Source: Lama glama
Lineage: Eukaryota
Length of the DNA: 64,000 nucleotides
Assembly (NCBI GenBank): GCA_028534125.1
Contig: CM052817.1
Span: 85,376,001 to 85,440,000 of the forward strand
Direction: 5' to 3'
Shown here: positions 1-14,175 of the stretch, piece after piece
Layout: each line of letters starts with the position of its first letter
How positions within the stretch are numbered: position 1 is the stretch's first letter
Position numbers and translations under genes: made by a program
Notes under the pieces: model-generated
Told to the model about the DNA's origin: nothing
Database searches by the model: none
The model's input: the letters and a program-made list of their open reading frames with translations, nothing else

Positions 1-634
1 TGTAAATTCATCAGAGTACACACAGAGTATAATCTGGACCTTATTTCTTTGACAGAAGTCTTTATTTATATGCTTGTTATAAAAACATTCTAAGCAAAAT
101 ATAAAATTTACTATTAAAATCTACATTTAGTTCAGATATCTAAAGCATGACTTATCTCACTATGTCATAATATTATATAAATATGTGAAATTTCTTATGG
201 ATATAAGAATAAAAATGATTTTTGAAGAAAATAAATATAATTTGTCTGAACTAAAAAATAATTACAGAAATATCAAATGCTACAAATCAAGCTGAAAAAT
301 GAGCTAGTGACTATGTTACTTATTTGTTGTGCTGTTGTAATCTGTGAAATGTAAAATTAAAATGTATGGAAATTTTGCAAGTTTGACCTAATATGTGACA
401 ACCACAGTTTAAAAGCAACCTGTCTCCCTGATGTAAAGGTTCACATAGAAGTTTTCCAGGTGTTTAAAAGATACATTTTCCGACTGTGCCTACCGTAGAT
501 TTCAAGGAATGTGAATGTATAGAGACCCAAAGATACTCCCAGTGCCAAATAGGCACAGCTATCTACATTTTAAAAAACTTCAATCTTGATAAAATTTTTT
601 ATGACTATTTCTATGTCAGGAACAGATACAGTGA

Positions 635-652
635 ACAACAAAAACAAAACCA

Positions 653-683
<31 letters not shown>

Positions 684-700
684 CAAAAACTAAAAACAGA
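635..700 (+). repeat. (CAAAA)n-type A-rich simple repeat
   Basis: aacaacaaaaacaaaaccaaaaaaacaaaacaaaacaaaac... seen directly. Confidence 0.9.
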
Positions 701-3049
701 AAAGGAACAGATAGAGTGAGCATGCATCTTTTTCACTTATTTTAGTATTTCAACCAATTCTGTAGGTAAATCTATTTAAAAATTAAGTGCCTTCCAGGAA
801 TATGTGTGATAATTTGCTAATGAAATTTTCAATAAAGTCAGAAAAATGATAACATAAGCTAAAGTCATTGACTTTGAGATTAAGAAAATGTTTCTACATC
901 CAAAATTGTGTTTTGATCATTTACCAACTTTAAAATTAGAACTGTTTAATGAATTACCCATGACAACAGTATTTTATAACCTTTTATCTAGGATTTCATA
1001 TTTTCATGTAATAATACTCTAAAAATAAATATAAAGTGTGTATTTTCAATTATGAAAGATACAGGGATATAAAAACATCAATAATACACAACCAACATAA
1101 TAAAAATGGCAAACTTTAAGAAGTGAACATATTCATGATAGTTTTCACCTTTTTATTTTCAGTATTTTACAGTGTTATGTATTACTTCAGTAAAAATAAA
1201 AACTGGAAATTACTTTGAAAAAAACCTGATTATGCATCTATGTATATACAACATACTCATAGTTATTACAGAAAATGCACAGAGCCAAAAGTTGAGAAGG
1301 AAGTACACTATAAAAAAAAGTAAGTGTGACTGTTTCTGAGCATTGGATTCTTAGGTGATGTGCTTCCTTCTACTTGTTTGAACTTTCCAGCTTTTTTTTT
1401 TATTGAGCTTATTGATGACAAAAAAATTATTCTGAGAATTCTGGATTGTCTCTAACATGATTACATTTAAGGAATTAATATTTAAATAACAATGACTGTG
1501 AGATCTGTTTACCATTTGTTCTTTAATCTCTCTTAAGAAGATATATACAATTCAAGGAAATGCCTTTACTCAGGATCCAAAAGAAAACAAAAAAATTTAT
1601 AAAGGCAAAAATTTATTTTTTATTTTTATTTTTAAATTTATTTCATTTATTTATTATTAAATTTATAATTTATTTTTATTTTTAAAATACAGGTGCAAGT
1701 TTTTGGTAACTTGAATGGACCGTGAGGCATATGCACTTAAAAATTTTAGATTTTGAACTCCTTAACTGTTGATGTCACAGTTGAATAAAAATGCAGTTAA
1801 AAAAAAATTGTTAGTTGCTCCCAAATGGAATTAATTGAACAGTCTCCTCAAATAAATTTAAAAAATATTTTATTAAAATTATGATTAAAACATTTAAAAT
1901 TTAAATTAAAGCCCACAATAAAAGCTTTATAGTGGAAAACTTATACAAAGTTTAATGGTGTACTTTGTACATGTAAATCAGTAAATATAATTCAGTCTTT
2001 CTTTGATGACTGAGAATTTTACAATGTCCAAGTCATCATTGTGAATGTTATCTTGACTGTAGAGTATCATAACTTCAGACATAGTAAGAAATAGAACTGT
2101 ACACTGACTATCAACTTAATTTAACTCAGCGTTTTCTGTAGTGAACACTGTTCTGCTCACCATTCTACCAACATGTCTTGATTATCCCTAGGAAATGAGG
2201 CAAGTTCTTAGTTCCCATCACCCATTATAATCCTGCATTTTCTTTCCTTGATCATTTCAAGTGTCTCCTCAGAAAAAGTTCTCCATGATAACCCCAGTTC
2301 ATGCGCTTAGCTGCTTCTTTGTAACCTTACATTTTTGAGTAAAATTTATAGCCATTGAGCTTCAGTTTCTACATAATTTATAATTTAATTCACAAAATAT
2401 AGTATTTAAACACATGCAATCTATTTAAAGAAAATAAAAGTATTTGTTCTTCTATGTCTGAGATACGATGATAACTTTACCAAATCCTCCAGACTTAAAT
2501 GACTATATTTTTCCTAATAGTGTTATGGTGAGAAAATAAATAACCCCCCTTCTTTATTTTTATAAGTAAGAATGACCATTTATAGTTAACTGCAGGAAAA
2601 AAAATAGTTTTGTATGTTTAAATCAATAATAAATCTGGTAAGTCCTTAAATAAAGGGTATTAAATAATGTATGGAAAATATCTTCAATATTTTTTTATAA
2701 ATCTTTTAAGGAGACTGTTAAAATGGAAAGGTTTTATTTCATTATTTTTCTTTTTAATTAGTCAACTCTCTGTGAGTGTGTTGAGGGAGATATTAAATCT
2801 TGCCAAAGCAGCTATGCAGTGAATGAGATAATATGTTTCAGGTACTACTACTTCTGTTTTAAAAAATACATACAGACTTCATTCACTGCTGGGCCTGTTG
2901 AAGTAGCATATCAGCTGATCTTTTCAATTTGGATCTCAAAATGTTGAGAGCAATTTTTAGGTAGTGTCTTCTGGGTCTAAATATTTATCTGTAAGTAAAT
3001 ACATAAATATAGCTGTAAGTTGGAATCGACAAATATTGTGCTTACTGAA

Positions 3050-3540
3050 GCATATTTATATTAGCAAACCATTTGTAAACCATTGAGGGTACTTCACAAG
3101 ATGGGGTGAGGAGCGGGGGAAACTCTAAATATGCTGACAGTGGAAGACTTTCTGAAGATGTAGCATTGGATCTAAGTCCTTAAGACTGTGAGAGATTAAA
3201 CAAAGTGTAAATCCAGGGAAGAGTGGAGGGAATAGTCAGTGCATGGGCTCAGAAACTTGAAAGGCCTTTAAGTGGTTAGGGAACACAAGAGAACTGTTGG
3301 AAACTGTTGAGCTAAAGACCAAGAAGAGATGAGTTTGAGAAGGTAGAGTTCTGATCACATGGGATTCTGTACATCACAGTTAGGAATTTAATTTTTTTAT
3401 TCAAAGTGTAATGGGAAGAAATAGGAAGTTTTAACCAGTTCTTCTCTGGGTGGGCAGGATAGAGGTAGTGATCAGTAGTTACTAGAGTTTTAGTTTTGAA
3501 AGGTCTGCTAAACAATGGGTTGTAGTGAAGTTACGAAAGA
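3050..3540 (-). mobile_element. Degenerate LINE-2 (L2) fragment
   Basis: Purine-rich text resembling the reverse complement of the L2 3' region (gaagactttctgaagatgtagcattggatctaagtcc...gtgtaatgggaag...ttttaac); boundaries approximate. Confidence 0.5.
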
Positions 3541-3609
3541 AGAGAGACCTATTAAACTTCAAAATGGTTAGAGTAATTTCCTAAGATATTTAATATTTTA
3601 CTAGGAATT

Positions 3610-3830
3610 TTATAACAGCAAACATTTTATAGCACTTATTATGTGTAAGATCCCACTGCCAATACTTTCCGTATATTGACTGATTAAATTTTTACAGTAT
3701 TTATATAAAGCGTCCCAATTTTATAAACAAAGAAATTAGGGGACAGAGAGGTCAAGGAACTTGCCCTAGGTTACACAGGTAGGATGTGGTGGAATCAGCA
3801 ATTGAACCTATAATATTTAACTTCAGATTT
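3610..3830 (-). mobile_element. MIR SINE
   Basis: acattttatagcacttattatgtg...cccaattttataaacaaagaaattaggggacagagaggtcaaggaacttgccctagggttacacag matches the reverse complement of the MIR core. Confidence 0.8.
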
Positions 3831-4589
3831 AATTGTATGATTTGATTTTTAAAATTTGTTTTTCTCCTAAGTATATTAGTTTCTAAAGTATTAGAAGGCA
3901 AAGACTGGCTTTCCATTTCTTGCATATACAGCTGCTTAGTTTATAGTACACTATTTAAGATCCCAGACCAGCTATACCACATGAAGAATAAAGACCATGA
4001 ACTTTTCTTCTCCCATACACATCACCAAAACTTGGGAACCAAAATTAAGATCTCAATAAATGTTGCTAATTGACTGGTTAAATATACTGTAAGCCAATTA
4101 CTGTATATTCACTGTTAGAAGTTTCTGAGAGATATATAGACAGAGATTTAGATAATTCAAAATATAATTTTGTTATTAGTTTTTGAATTACTTTTCTCCT
4201 CATATTCAATGAGACAGTTAAATATATTTGAATTTAGTTTATTATTTTAATTATTGACAGTCAATTCCTATGGCTAGGGATATCTCAATGAGATGAGAAA
4301 TTAAAAAAATTGGTCTAAGGAACCTGTCTGAAGTTGTGAAGGTACAACATAGTCAAAAGAAGCATGTAGGAAGTGTAGGTGAGCATATGGAAATAATGAA
4401 ACTTACACATGTGGACATATGAATTTGTACACATCTCACTTTGAAGAAATGTTAGAAACAACTATGAGGTTTGAAAAGGTGCCTATCCTTAACAAGCCAT
4501 TCTGCATGCTTTAAATAAATACGTGTGTGTATGTATACATGTGGATAATAAAAATAATAGATATTTTAGAGAAATTTTGACAGTGAAGA

Positions 4590-5100
4590 AAAGATATTCA
4601 TTCCAGTATTATTGACAATATGTAAAAATTAGAAACAACTTAAATATCCACCATGTGGGATTAATAACAAAATTGTAACTGAATCATACAGTGGAATAAT
4701 TTACAGTAGTTAAAATGGTTGGGCTGTATGTTAGCATGGATAAGTCTGGAAAGAATGTTGAGCAAAATAAGATTACAAAAAGATACATACATTAAGATAG
4801 TCTGTATTAATTACAATACCTTAGATAATAATATATGCTATTTAAAGTCAAGTAAATACAGGAAGAGAACGAACAAAAAGAATGGACTTCAACTTCAGGA
4901 TAATGGTTACCTCTGGGGAGGGTGAATGGGATGAGGTAATATTGCACATAACTATATCATTTCAGTTCTTTACAGAAAATAAAGTATAGCAAGAATGAGA
5001 AAAATATTACCACATTAAAACAGGTGTGGATATATAAAGGTGTCAAATTATATTATAAACATGGAGTTTTACCATGTTTGCAATATAACACAAACAAAAA
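4590..5100 (+). mobile_element. Old L1 (L1ME/L1MC-like) 3' region fragment
   Basis: aaaaattagaaacaacttaaatatccacc...catacagtggaataatttacagtagttaaaatg...ggataatggttacctctggggaggg, typical of old L1 3' ends. Confidence 0.65.
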
Positions 5101-5509
5101 TCCATCCACATTTCCCAGATTAACTGAAAAGGTCAATTTTGTGCCTTGGTAAATATATTTTAAAGGGTTATGGCCATACCTAACACTAAAATCTGCTTTT
5201 GATTTTTTTATCTAGTTTTAGTTTTTCAAAATTAACATGTTTGCTATTTTATATGTAGATTTATAGATAGCATGTATGTTCAGGAGTTATGTCTAAAATA
5301 TTTATCCAGTCCCAAATGTCCGTAGTTCATAATTGCCCTCACATTCAAGCAGTCCAGAATGGCATCAAAATCTTTTTGAAGATAGAATGCCATTTTTATT
5401 AAGATCCAATTTTGGAGAAATTGAATTCTCTCCATTTTACTTTTTTTTTTGGTCCCAAAACTATTTCACTCTAATCAGTACCAACCCCAGCCAGGCAGAC
5501 TTTACCTTC

Positions 5510-5785
5510 CTCTTTTTATTATTATTATTAGAGTATAATTTAAAAACAGAATTATAAGATATTTAAAGTGTGCAATGAGATGATTTCATTTATGTTCACA
5601 TTGGGAAAGAATTCCCATCCTTTACCTCAAAAACTTACCCTTTTTTTTTTTTGAAATTATTTAGTTCTTATTCTCTTAGGAAGTTTCATAAAACAATACA
5701 TGTTATCAACTTAATCACATTAGATCCTCAGATCTTAATCATCTTATAACTGAAAGTTTGTATCCTTTTATCAACCTATCTGTGT
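5510..5785 (-). mobile_element. L1 (L1MA-like) 3' end fragment
   Basis: T-rich tail on the left, then atatttaaagtgtgcaatgagatgattt...cattagatcctcagatcttaatcatcttataactgaaagtttgtatcctttt. Confidence 0.75.
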
Positions 5786-5889
5786 AAAAAAAGCAGATAA
5801 ATAGACTACCAAAACATAATACTGTAAAGTCATTACAGTAAATGCTTGTTAAGCAATTAAGTGAAGTATATTTTCTGATGCCAGTCTAA

Positions 5890-6060
5890 TAGCTTCCATA
5901 TAAAGTAGATACTGTTGTTAGCAATACAGATAAAGAATCCAGGACTTAGAAAAATTAAGTAACTTGACCAAGGTCACATATCTCAGAAACACCAGTGTGG
6001 GTTTAAAATCCATCTGATTGCAGAGTCATCATCTTAGTGGTCATACCATACTGCTGCACA
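5890..6060 (-). mobile_element. MIR SINE fragment
   Basis: acagataaagaatccaggacttagaaaaattaagtaacttgaccaaggtcacata, the reverse-complement MIR core. Confidence 0.7.
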
Positions 6061-9000
6061 AGCAGAAGACTCCTGAAATTGTTTGGGCCTCTGAGATATG
6101 TGCAATTAATATACCATCAAAGTATATTTCTTGGCTCTTTCTTTGTGTGCAGTTCAACAACTCAAGTCCTGTTCATAGCTATTAACTTTGTAACCCATTC
6201 AAAGAAAGTGGCTAAAGCAATTTAAATTTTTCTTAAATATTGGATAAATGCCAATGAAAACTTAATTTTGAGAGGAAATTAAAGCTGAGTAATACATCCG
6301 AACAGTTGGATTTAATTAATATTCACATAACACCCATTTTAAATGAAGGAACAAATGGAATATAATTTTGCAATGTAATTAACATTTTAAAATGTGCTTT
6401 TTATTTATCTCTGAATAATTATGAGATTTAAAAATGTCTATATTTCTTATAATAAAATCCATTTTTAAAATGCAGCTATTTACATTATTATATTAGAGAT
6501 ATTTTAGTGAAGATCAAAGAAAATAAAGATTAAAGTTTTAATACAAGAATGGAGATAATCAGATGATTTAGAAACATATGCATATGTATATTTCAGAAGC
6601 CATAATATTCTAAAGTTATTGTTTATTTTCATTACCTATTAATAGCCTCATACAGTAAATTATTATTTGTTATAACTTATTTTATCATTTCATATATAAA
6701 TATAAATAATTCTGTATTACAATTAACTTTCCATTCATAGTTATACACAATATAATAAATTAAATATCATAATTAAAATGAAGCTAATACATGTATATCT
6801 GAAGTATGTCATATTTAGATTCTTACAAAAATAATTACATTTTTCAGAAAAGAATATGTTTATAGCTATATAAAATAATAATCTGAAGATAATTTAGCTT
6901 TTGTAATAGTATTGTTAAAGATACAGTATTGTAAATTCATACTGCTTCCCTGCATTAGATCTGTTCTGTTTGTTTTAGTTTATATATATTTTTAGACCTT
7001 TTTTCTTTTCATTATAAAGAGATTTGTGATGAAGCATTATTTATTTCCTCTTGTCTGGCAGCTCACTTTACAGGTAGAACACTTAGATTGGCACATTTCT
7101 TTTTCCTTCTCTTGTTCTCATTAGCAGGGAGTTTTAATCTCTTTCCTGTGCCTTTCTGAATAATCACACTATATCACTATCCTAGTGGGATCTAAACAAA
7201 GATTGAGTAGAAAATTAGGATCACAACCAAGTAGGTTTAAGAATAAGGTCATAATAATGAAAAATCAATAGAACATACAAAGAGGCATTTTAAAATCAGT
7301 TTGATGCTTGTTTGTGTGGTGTTTATGTTACAATTTCTGTGATACCACTACTTTTCAGTAGAAATCTAAGATAATATAGTTCCTTTTCCATCCCCAGAAA
7401 GCATACCATATTGAGCTCTAGAGGTCCCATGAATTTGATTTCAGTCCTTCTTAACTTGGTCAGTACTGTTCTTCATGATTGTAGGAGTCTTACTATGCTT
7501 ATAAGTTATGTTCTGAGTTATGATGTTGCTTTTCATTCTTCTTGCCTTTATTCATATAGACATGGCTAAAATAATAATGTAGGAAAGATGGGTTTTCTTC
7601 ATCATAGTGAGGCTGGCATTTAAAGGCCTTGGAGATTCCAGTGCAGCCATGTGGAGAGAGGATGGAATGCCTGAGAATCAGCCTCTTGACCTGCTGCCAG
7701 CTTAGGGATTATTGTTATACAGGAGGTGCCCAGCTGGGTGTGAGAGGGTGCAGACAAGAGGAAAGAGAGTGAGGAGTGCAGCATGGAGTAAGCGTTTCAC
7801 AGATCAGTCTTCCAGGAAGGCAAGAAGTGTTATATAACACAGGTTGGATAATACAAAGTTTTCCATGAAAATCAAAACAAAATTTTAATGGATAAAGTAA
7901 CTGTTTACCTAGCATTTATTGTTCCAAAGACTAAGAGCAATATAAGACCCTCAAGATTGGGACGTTAGAAACCAAAGAGTCCACACAGTAAGGAACAAGA
8001 GCACTGTGGACTTGCTGTAGAGACATCACAGAATTTCAAGCAAGAAAACTGCAACTTTTATTTGATCAGGTGTTGGCAGCACCGATTATCAGTTGTTTTC
8101 AGCTCTTCAAGGTGGATAGTAAAGTAATAACAGATTAAACCCCTATTAAACATTTATTAATTTCTTAGTAACTAAATGTTTATTAATTTCTTAAATGTAT
8201 AATAAATTAAACATGTAATAATTTCTAATTCATTTATTAATTTCTGATATTGTCAATATGGTAAACAGTGAACTAAGTATTTTGCTTGCATGTGTTGCAT
8301 TATATTATTTGATGCTCAAAACAATCCTCAGAATAGAATATAGAATCTCTAGTTTCTAAAAAAAGGAAGCATACTCAGAGAAAAAACAAATAAAAAGTGG
8401 CTAAGTCATTAGCCTGTTCTCAAAGTCAGTAGACCATATTGCCTGAAAGATAGTGGAATCAAATCAAATCCCTCCCAATTTAGTGTACATGACTTGAATA
8501 GTAAATAATGTTCAGGCCTGAATGCAGAGTAGGGATATAGTTGTTCCTTAACTATTGTTAACAATTTTTTGTCATGTTGATAAAATACTAACTTTAAAAG
8601 CTCTCAGATGTTGTTTCATTTCTGTGTGTCTATTAATATCTATAACTTGGCTAGCTTTATTCTACCTGGAAATAAAAGCCAAAATTCTGTGTCCCAGAGT
8701 GGGAAAATTGGACAGATAGGTCTATCCTCTGATATTTCCATTCATTCACTCATTTGTTTATGAAACAGTCTAATGATATTAAACATCATGAAACATAAAA
8801 ACATGGTTCCTTTTATCATGGATATTACAGAATTTTGATTTCATAAAATTTAATTACCTGAGTGTTCAGTAGATCTTACTAATACATTACCATTTTCATA
8901 CAGATTGAAAGAATAATTCCTTCAAAGCATACCTCTACTCTACATTTAGCAGATCTGTCCATTGCAGGTAGGGGGACCAAATGTGCAGAGATTGTAGGGT

Positions 9001-9605
9001 TCAGACAGAAGTGATAAATATTACTGAAAAGAGAACCCAAAGCTGTAACCTACTACCTGTGAAATTTACTGTAGCTGTCTACATTATTGCACAGTATTAA
9101 GTACATGTTGAGGAGACACCGAAGGACAGCGGATTGAAGGGCTGAGAACTTTCCTCTATGGCTCTCTCATGTCTTTATTCTCTGCAACTGTTCTTTTCTG
9201 TGCACATTTGCTCTTGACATTTAGTGCCTATCCCTTCCCACTCTGCTAGATAAAATCCAGATTGTTCGAGCAATGAATGCCATATGCAAGATAATACCTC
9301 TGTTTCCAAACAAGCTGAATTTTGGATGAACCTTGAACCTCCTGCTAAAGCTCTATTCAATATTCTACCTTCAGGCAGGAAGTTAGAACATCCCTTAAGA
9401 GCTTTCTCATCCCAACATTTTTTAATGTTCTTCTTGGTTGTCTTCAATGGCACTTATTTGGAGACTTGTACAATGCCTGAAAGAAAAAAGAAAAAAATCT
9501 AAAATACACATTGTTGATTTTCCTTTATAGATAGAATCAGTGTCTTATTATAGCATGTGCTTTTTATTCCCACTATCTTCCTGTCTTTCTGCAGAGCATT
9601 TAGAG

Positions 9606-9823
9606 CAGTGGTTCTCAACCAAGTGGGAGTCTCCTCCCTAAGGGACATTGGGTAATGTCCAGGGATATTTTTGGTTGTCACATCTGAAAAGGGGCTATGC
9701 TTCTGGCATCTGGGGTTGGAGACCAGGGATGCCCCTAAACATCCAACAATGCACAAGACAGCCTCCCACAACAGAAAATTATCCAGTTCAAAATGTCAGT
9801 AGTACTGATGTTAAGTCACTTTG
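9606..9823 (+). mobile_element. MER20 (hAT-Charlie) DNA transposon, full length
   Basis: Starts cagtggttctcaacc; internal ccagggatgcccctaaacatccaacaatgcacaagacagcctcccacaacagaaaattatccag; flanked by a perfect 8-bp TSD ATTTAGAG (9598-9605 and 9824-9831), the hAT TSD length. Confidence 0.9.
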
Positions 9824-10875
9824 ATTTAGAGGAAGGAATTTAGTTACTACTTAAGAAATACAGTTTTCAGCAAATATTTAAAATGAAAATATTTTTAAAT
9901 TCCATTTAGGTTATAAAATTTATCTAAAGGTATTCAAACTTCATTTCCCTCCAGCATAAAACATAGTTGATCTTCAGAAACCTGGATTTTAAAATAAGTT
10001 CCTATCATTTAAAGAAATTTTAACATTCTCAAAACTCTTACATACTTCTATTCCATTTAGCACATCTCCATAATTAGCTCCATTTTTTCCCAAATATATG
10101 AGATTGACACTAATAATGTGACTTATTTGTGCTGATTAAATTGTCTCCTAATTATAAAAGGCTAAAAATAGGACTAAAAATTCATTTTGCATAGTTAAAG
10201 ACTTTTTAACTAACAAAACTGATTTTCTTGTTAAATATAAAAATGATTGCTTTTCCTTTTGATTGCACATGTACATTTAAACTTTTTAAATTGTTTGTAT
10301 TAATATGTATTAGCATTAGACCCTTAAGAAGCAATCTTTCATTTCACATATGTAATATTGGTCCCATTTTTGGCATCAGTATTCATGTTCTGACTAAAAG
10401 CACAATTAACCATTACATATTTTTTAAAAAAAAGTTTCAAAACTATAATTAGGCACAGTTTTAAAATGTAGAAGTGATGTAGATATAAGGGTTATATTAA
10501 CAAAATAGAGAAATGAGATTTTTGAGCTAAAATTTTATGTTCAAATTTGAGAAAATTAACACTAGCTTAAGAACAGTATATTATACAGAAACATTTAGTC
10601 AAAGTCAAAAATGACAAGGCAAGATTCCTGAAAAATAAGAACTCCTCTGGAGAATATAATCCTATTTCTAAATTTTAATAAAAATGAAATTGTTAGTCAT
10701 CCATTCATATCTATAGTTTTAATTTTTTTCACTAACTGGATCAATCCAACAAACATTTATCCAGTATAAGAAGCTTCTAGAACAGAATGAATCAAAATCT
10801 CTCTAATCTAATATGTCAGAACATTTCTTCAAAAGACTGTGTGTGTATGTATTTTGCCCTCAAAATAGAGCAGGC

Positions 10876-10893
10876 GTGTGTGTGTGTGTGTGT
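10876..10893 (+). repeat. (TG)n microsatellite
   Basis: Seen directly. Confidence 0.9.
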
Positions 10894-11479
10894 ATGCATG
10901 TGTCCTCTCAATGTCCATTGTTGTAGAGTGTATCTATGTCAGCCTGAAAAAAAGTGTGGTGGAGAAGCAGTGATGGGACTCTTAGGGGAAAATCAAGTAT
11001 GAGAAATTACAGTCTCCATGTCCACATTTAAAATTTGTTTGTAGCTCTTCAACTGAGTCCCTTTAGTGTGTTACATGAGTGACATGGATTCTGTTTTCTC
11101 ACTAGCTTCACATGATTAAGAGTTTTGTAGAAATGATGTTTTATGTGTAAGTCATTGACTCACGGACAGTTTTTATCAAAGGAAAGACAGTGATAGTAGC
11201 CTATCCATGCTGCAGACAGTAAGAGGTACCCATAATTTGTGGAAAATTTGGAAGCTTTAAAACAATAATAAAGCCAACTAAGAATTTGGTCTGCTTTGTT
11301 TTTTTTCCCCACCATGCACTGACAATTAAATTCTGAATAATGTCATGATAAAATATTTCTCCCCTGAGGACAGACTGTTCCCACTGTTAACCATCCCTGT
11401 TGGTAGGCCATTTCTCATGAACAGCTTTCCTAATTACCCAGGTTAGACAGATACTCTTATCCATTTCCTTACAACCATA

Positions 11480-11690
11480 ATCTTTACCTTAGTGCTTCCC
11501 ACAATTAAAATAATTAATTACATACTTGATTAATCATGTGACACTTTTCCCCCTCTAAGATTATGATCTTCAAGAAAGCAAGCAAAACTCGTATTGAGTC
11601 TTACATATGTAGATCCTCAATGAATACTTAAGAAATGAATGTATGAATGATAAATTGCTGAAGGATGAGTGAATGAATGAATGAAACATT
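11480..11690 (+). mobile_element. L2 3' end fragment
   Basis: ctctaagattatgatcttcaagaaagca...cctcaatgaatacttaagaaatgaat...tgaatgaatgaatgaa tail. Confidence 0.55.
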
Positions 11691-11844
11691 CATTAAACAT
11701 TCCTGAACATTTTCAAGAATTGTGTCTAGATTTTAAAACCCTGAATCATAACTATCATTTATCTAGGCATCTCTAATGGATTAGATAATTCATTCTCAAC
11801 TAAGTCTTTATTTAGCTGAGACACTGTAAAATGAACTTGACTAA

Positions 11845-12381
11845 TGTCACAAAGGAAGAAATTTTTCCCTACCCTTCTAAGTTCTCTGGCTGGTCTAAGA
11901 ATTACATTGACATGAGACGATTAACAGGAGAAAAATCAAACAAAAGTTTAATAATGTATATGCATGAGAGAGACCTAGGAAAACTGAGTATTTCACCAAA
12001 AAGGCCAACTACTTCACCTTAAATAACATCTTCAGCTAAAGACAAAAAAGGATGTTGGGGGTAGTGGTTTGGGATTTCAAAAAGGAGTAAGGCAGTTCAC
12101 ATGGAGATGGAAAAGCAAATGTCTGGTAAATAGATGTTTGTTGGGCCAACAGAGTGAACTCTGATCTTTAGGCCCTGCCCAATTTCCCACACCACAGCCA
12201 GCTTGTTTTCTTTGAGGCTGTCCCTTGCTCTATTCCAGGAATAGGACCTCTATCTAAATTAGACAGCTAAGGGGAAGGTAAAAAGATTTCCTGAGTCTTC
12301 TGTTTCTTAAAAATAATCTGCCCAAATTAATCCTTATGCCAAAGAGATGCATTTTGGAGTGGCAAATTTTGCTCACCTACA
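11845..12381 (-). mobile_element. Solo LTR, ERV1-like
   Basis: TG...CA termini (tgtcaca...cctaca) with a perfect 4-bp TSD CTAA (11841-11844 and 12382-12385); a 4-bp TSD is typical of ERV1. Strand inferred from resemblance to recalled LTRs. Confidence 0.75.
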
Positions 12382-12559
12382 CTAAGCAATGTTTGAAGGT
12401 CCAACAGTTTTTATACTTTCTCGTGAAACTGAAGGTAAGATAATCTGACTACTCTTTTTTTAAATTCTTCTAATGAAGATATCAAGCTAACATTGATTTA
12501 TTAATATTACTTGATAAACACATTATATATTTTAAAAAATTTATTCTGCTCAATTTTTT

Positions 12560-12870
12560 TTACCAATTCCAAGCTCATATTGCTTACTGCAGGACAAACC
12601 AGTAAATAAAGAGACTAGTTGTTGGGGTAAGGAATAGGACTTTGTTCAGAAAGCCAGCAGGCTGAAAAAATTGTGAACTAGTGTCCTAAAAATCATCATA
12701 CTGGAGCTAGAATTCAGACTTCTTTTATGTTAAAAGGTGTGTGTGTGTGTGTGTGTGTCTGGTTGTTGCAAACTTTCTGGTATAGGAATCCTTTGTTCTT
12801 GCAGCGGTCCACATAGGTCTCATCACAATGTTCCAGTAAACATCCAACAAGGCAAATGTGTTTATTACAA
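12560..12870 (-). mobile_element. ERV1-like LTR fragment containing a (TG)n tract
   Basis: ttaccaattccaagctc...gagactagttgttggggtaaggaataggactttgttcagaaagccagc...ctggttgttgcaaactttctggtataggaatcctttgttcttgcagcggtccacataggtc resembles laurasiatherian ERV1 LTRs. Confidence 0.55.
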
Positions 12871-13369
12871 GAGAAGCAGTTGCCAAAATGAATGACCTGT
12901 AGAAAACTTGGCTCTGAGTTAAATAGGAGAGATGAAATAGGAGATATGCATAGCAAGTGATCTTTAAACTGTTAATGTATTTTAATAGCTTAACCACTAC
13001 CAATTTCAAGAGGAAGAGGTAGGAAGAGGAAAGAGGAGCAACTCTTCCCTCAGCATTGCTTCCATATTTAGTCAGATTTTCCGTTACTGCTCCAGGCAGG
13101 AACATGAGGATAGGAGACACAATCCCACATACCTGAATCATTAGTAAAGAGTACTGTATACCTTCAGGGTGCAAGAGAAATGAGAAATAAATTAGATTTA
13201 AACACTTCTTCAAATGCAAAACTAGCATTAACTTTATTTGAAGAAATTATGATTTCTTCCTGCACAAGGATTTGGAAGCAGGGAAGCACAGATACTGTTC
13301 TGAACTCGTAATTTTATTAGAAAAGCTTAATTGTTAGCTTAAGTCACTGTTCAATAAGATCCAATGTGA

Positions 13370-14175
13370 TTTCATTTTGTCGGCGATTTTCTTTGCTGTG
13401 CAAAAGCTTTAGTGTTTAATTAGGTCCCATTTGTTTATTTTTCTTTTTGTTTCCTTTGCCTTAAGAGACAGAGTCAAAAAAATATTGCTACTATTTATGT
13501 TGAAGAGTGTTGTGCCTATGTTCTCTTCTGGGAGTTTTATGATTTCAGGTCTTACATTTTGGTATTTAATCCATTTTGAGTTTATTTGTGTATATAGTGT
13601 GAGGAAATGTTTTAATCTCATTCTTTCATACGTAGCTGTCCAGTTTTTCCAGCTTCACTTATTAAAGAAACTGTCTTTTCTCCATTATATATTCTTGCCT
13701 CCCTTGTCATAGATTAATTGAGCATATGTACATGGGTTTATTTCTGGGCTCTCTATTCTGTTCCACTGACCTGTGTTTCTTTTTTTGTGTCAGTACCATA
13801 CTGTTTGGATTACGGTAACTTTGTAGTATATGCTGAAGTCTGGGAGCATTATACCTCCAGCTTTGTTCTTTTTTTCCCTCAAGCTTGCTTTGGCTGTGTG
13901 GGATCTTTTGTGGTTCCATACAAATTGTAGGATTATTTGTTCTAGTTCTGTGAAAAATGTCATTGGTATTTTGATAGGGATTACATTAAATCTGTAGATT
14001 GCTTTGGATAGTAGGGACATTTTAATAATATTAATTCATCCAATCCATGAACATGGGCTTTTTTTGTATCATCTTCAATTTTATTCATCAGTGTTTCATA
14101 GTTTTCAGAGCATAGGTCTTTCACTTCCTTGGTTAAATGTATTCCTAGATATTTTATCCTTTCTGATGCAATTGT
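13370..14175 (-). mobile_element. Inverted 5' segment (ORF2 fragment) of a twin-primed L1
   Basis: Minus-strand ORFs give L1 ORF2 peptides ([38 protein letters not shown]...KINKWDLIK) broken by frameshifts. Confidence 0.92.

Noticed and set aside
8140..8245. Degenerate tttattaatttct repeats (similar ttagttactactta repeats at ~23985-24070)
   Set aside because: AT-rich slippage-type low complexity with no further structure.
12725..13228. 167-aa ORF as a host gene
   Set aside because: Runs into an LTR fragment and a (TG)n tract; no recognisable domain or splice structure.
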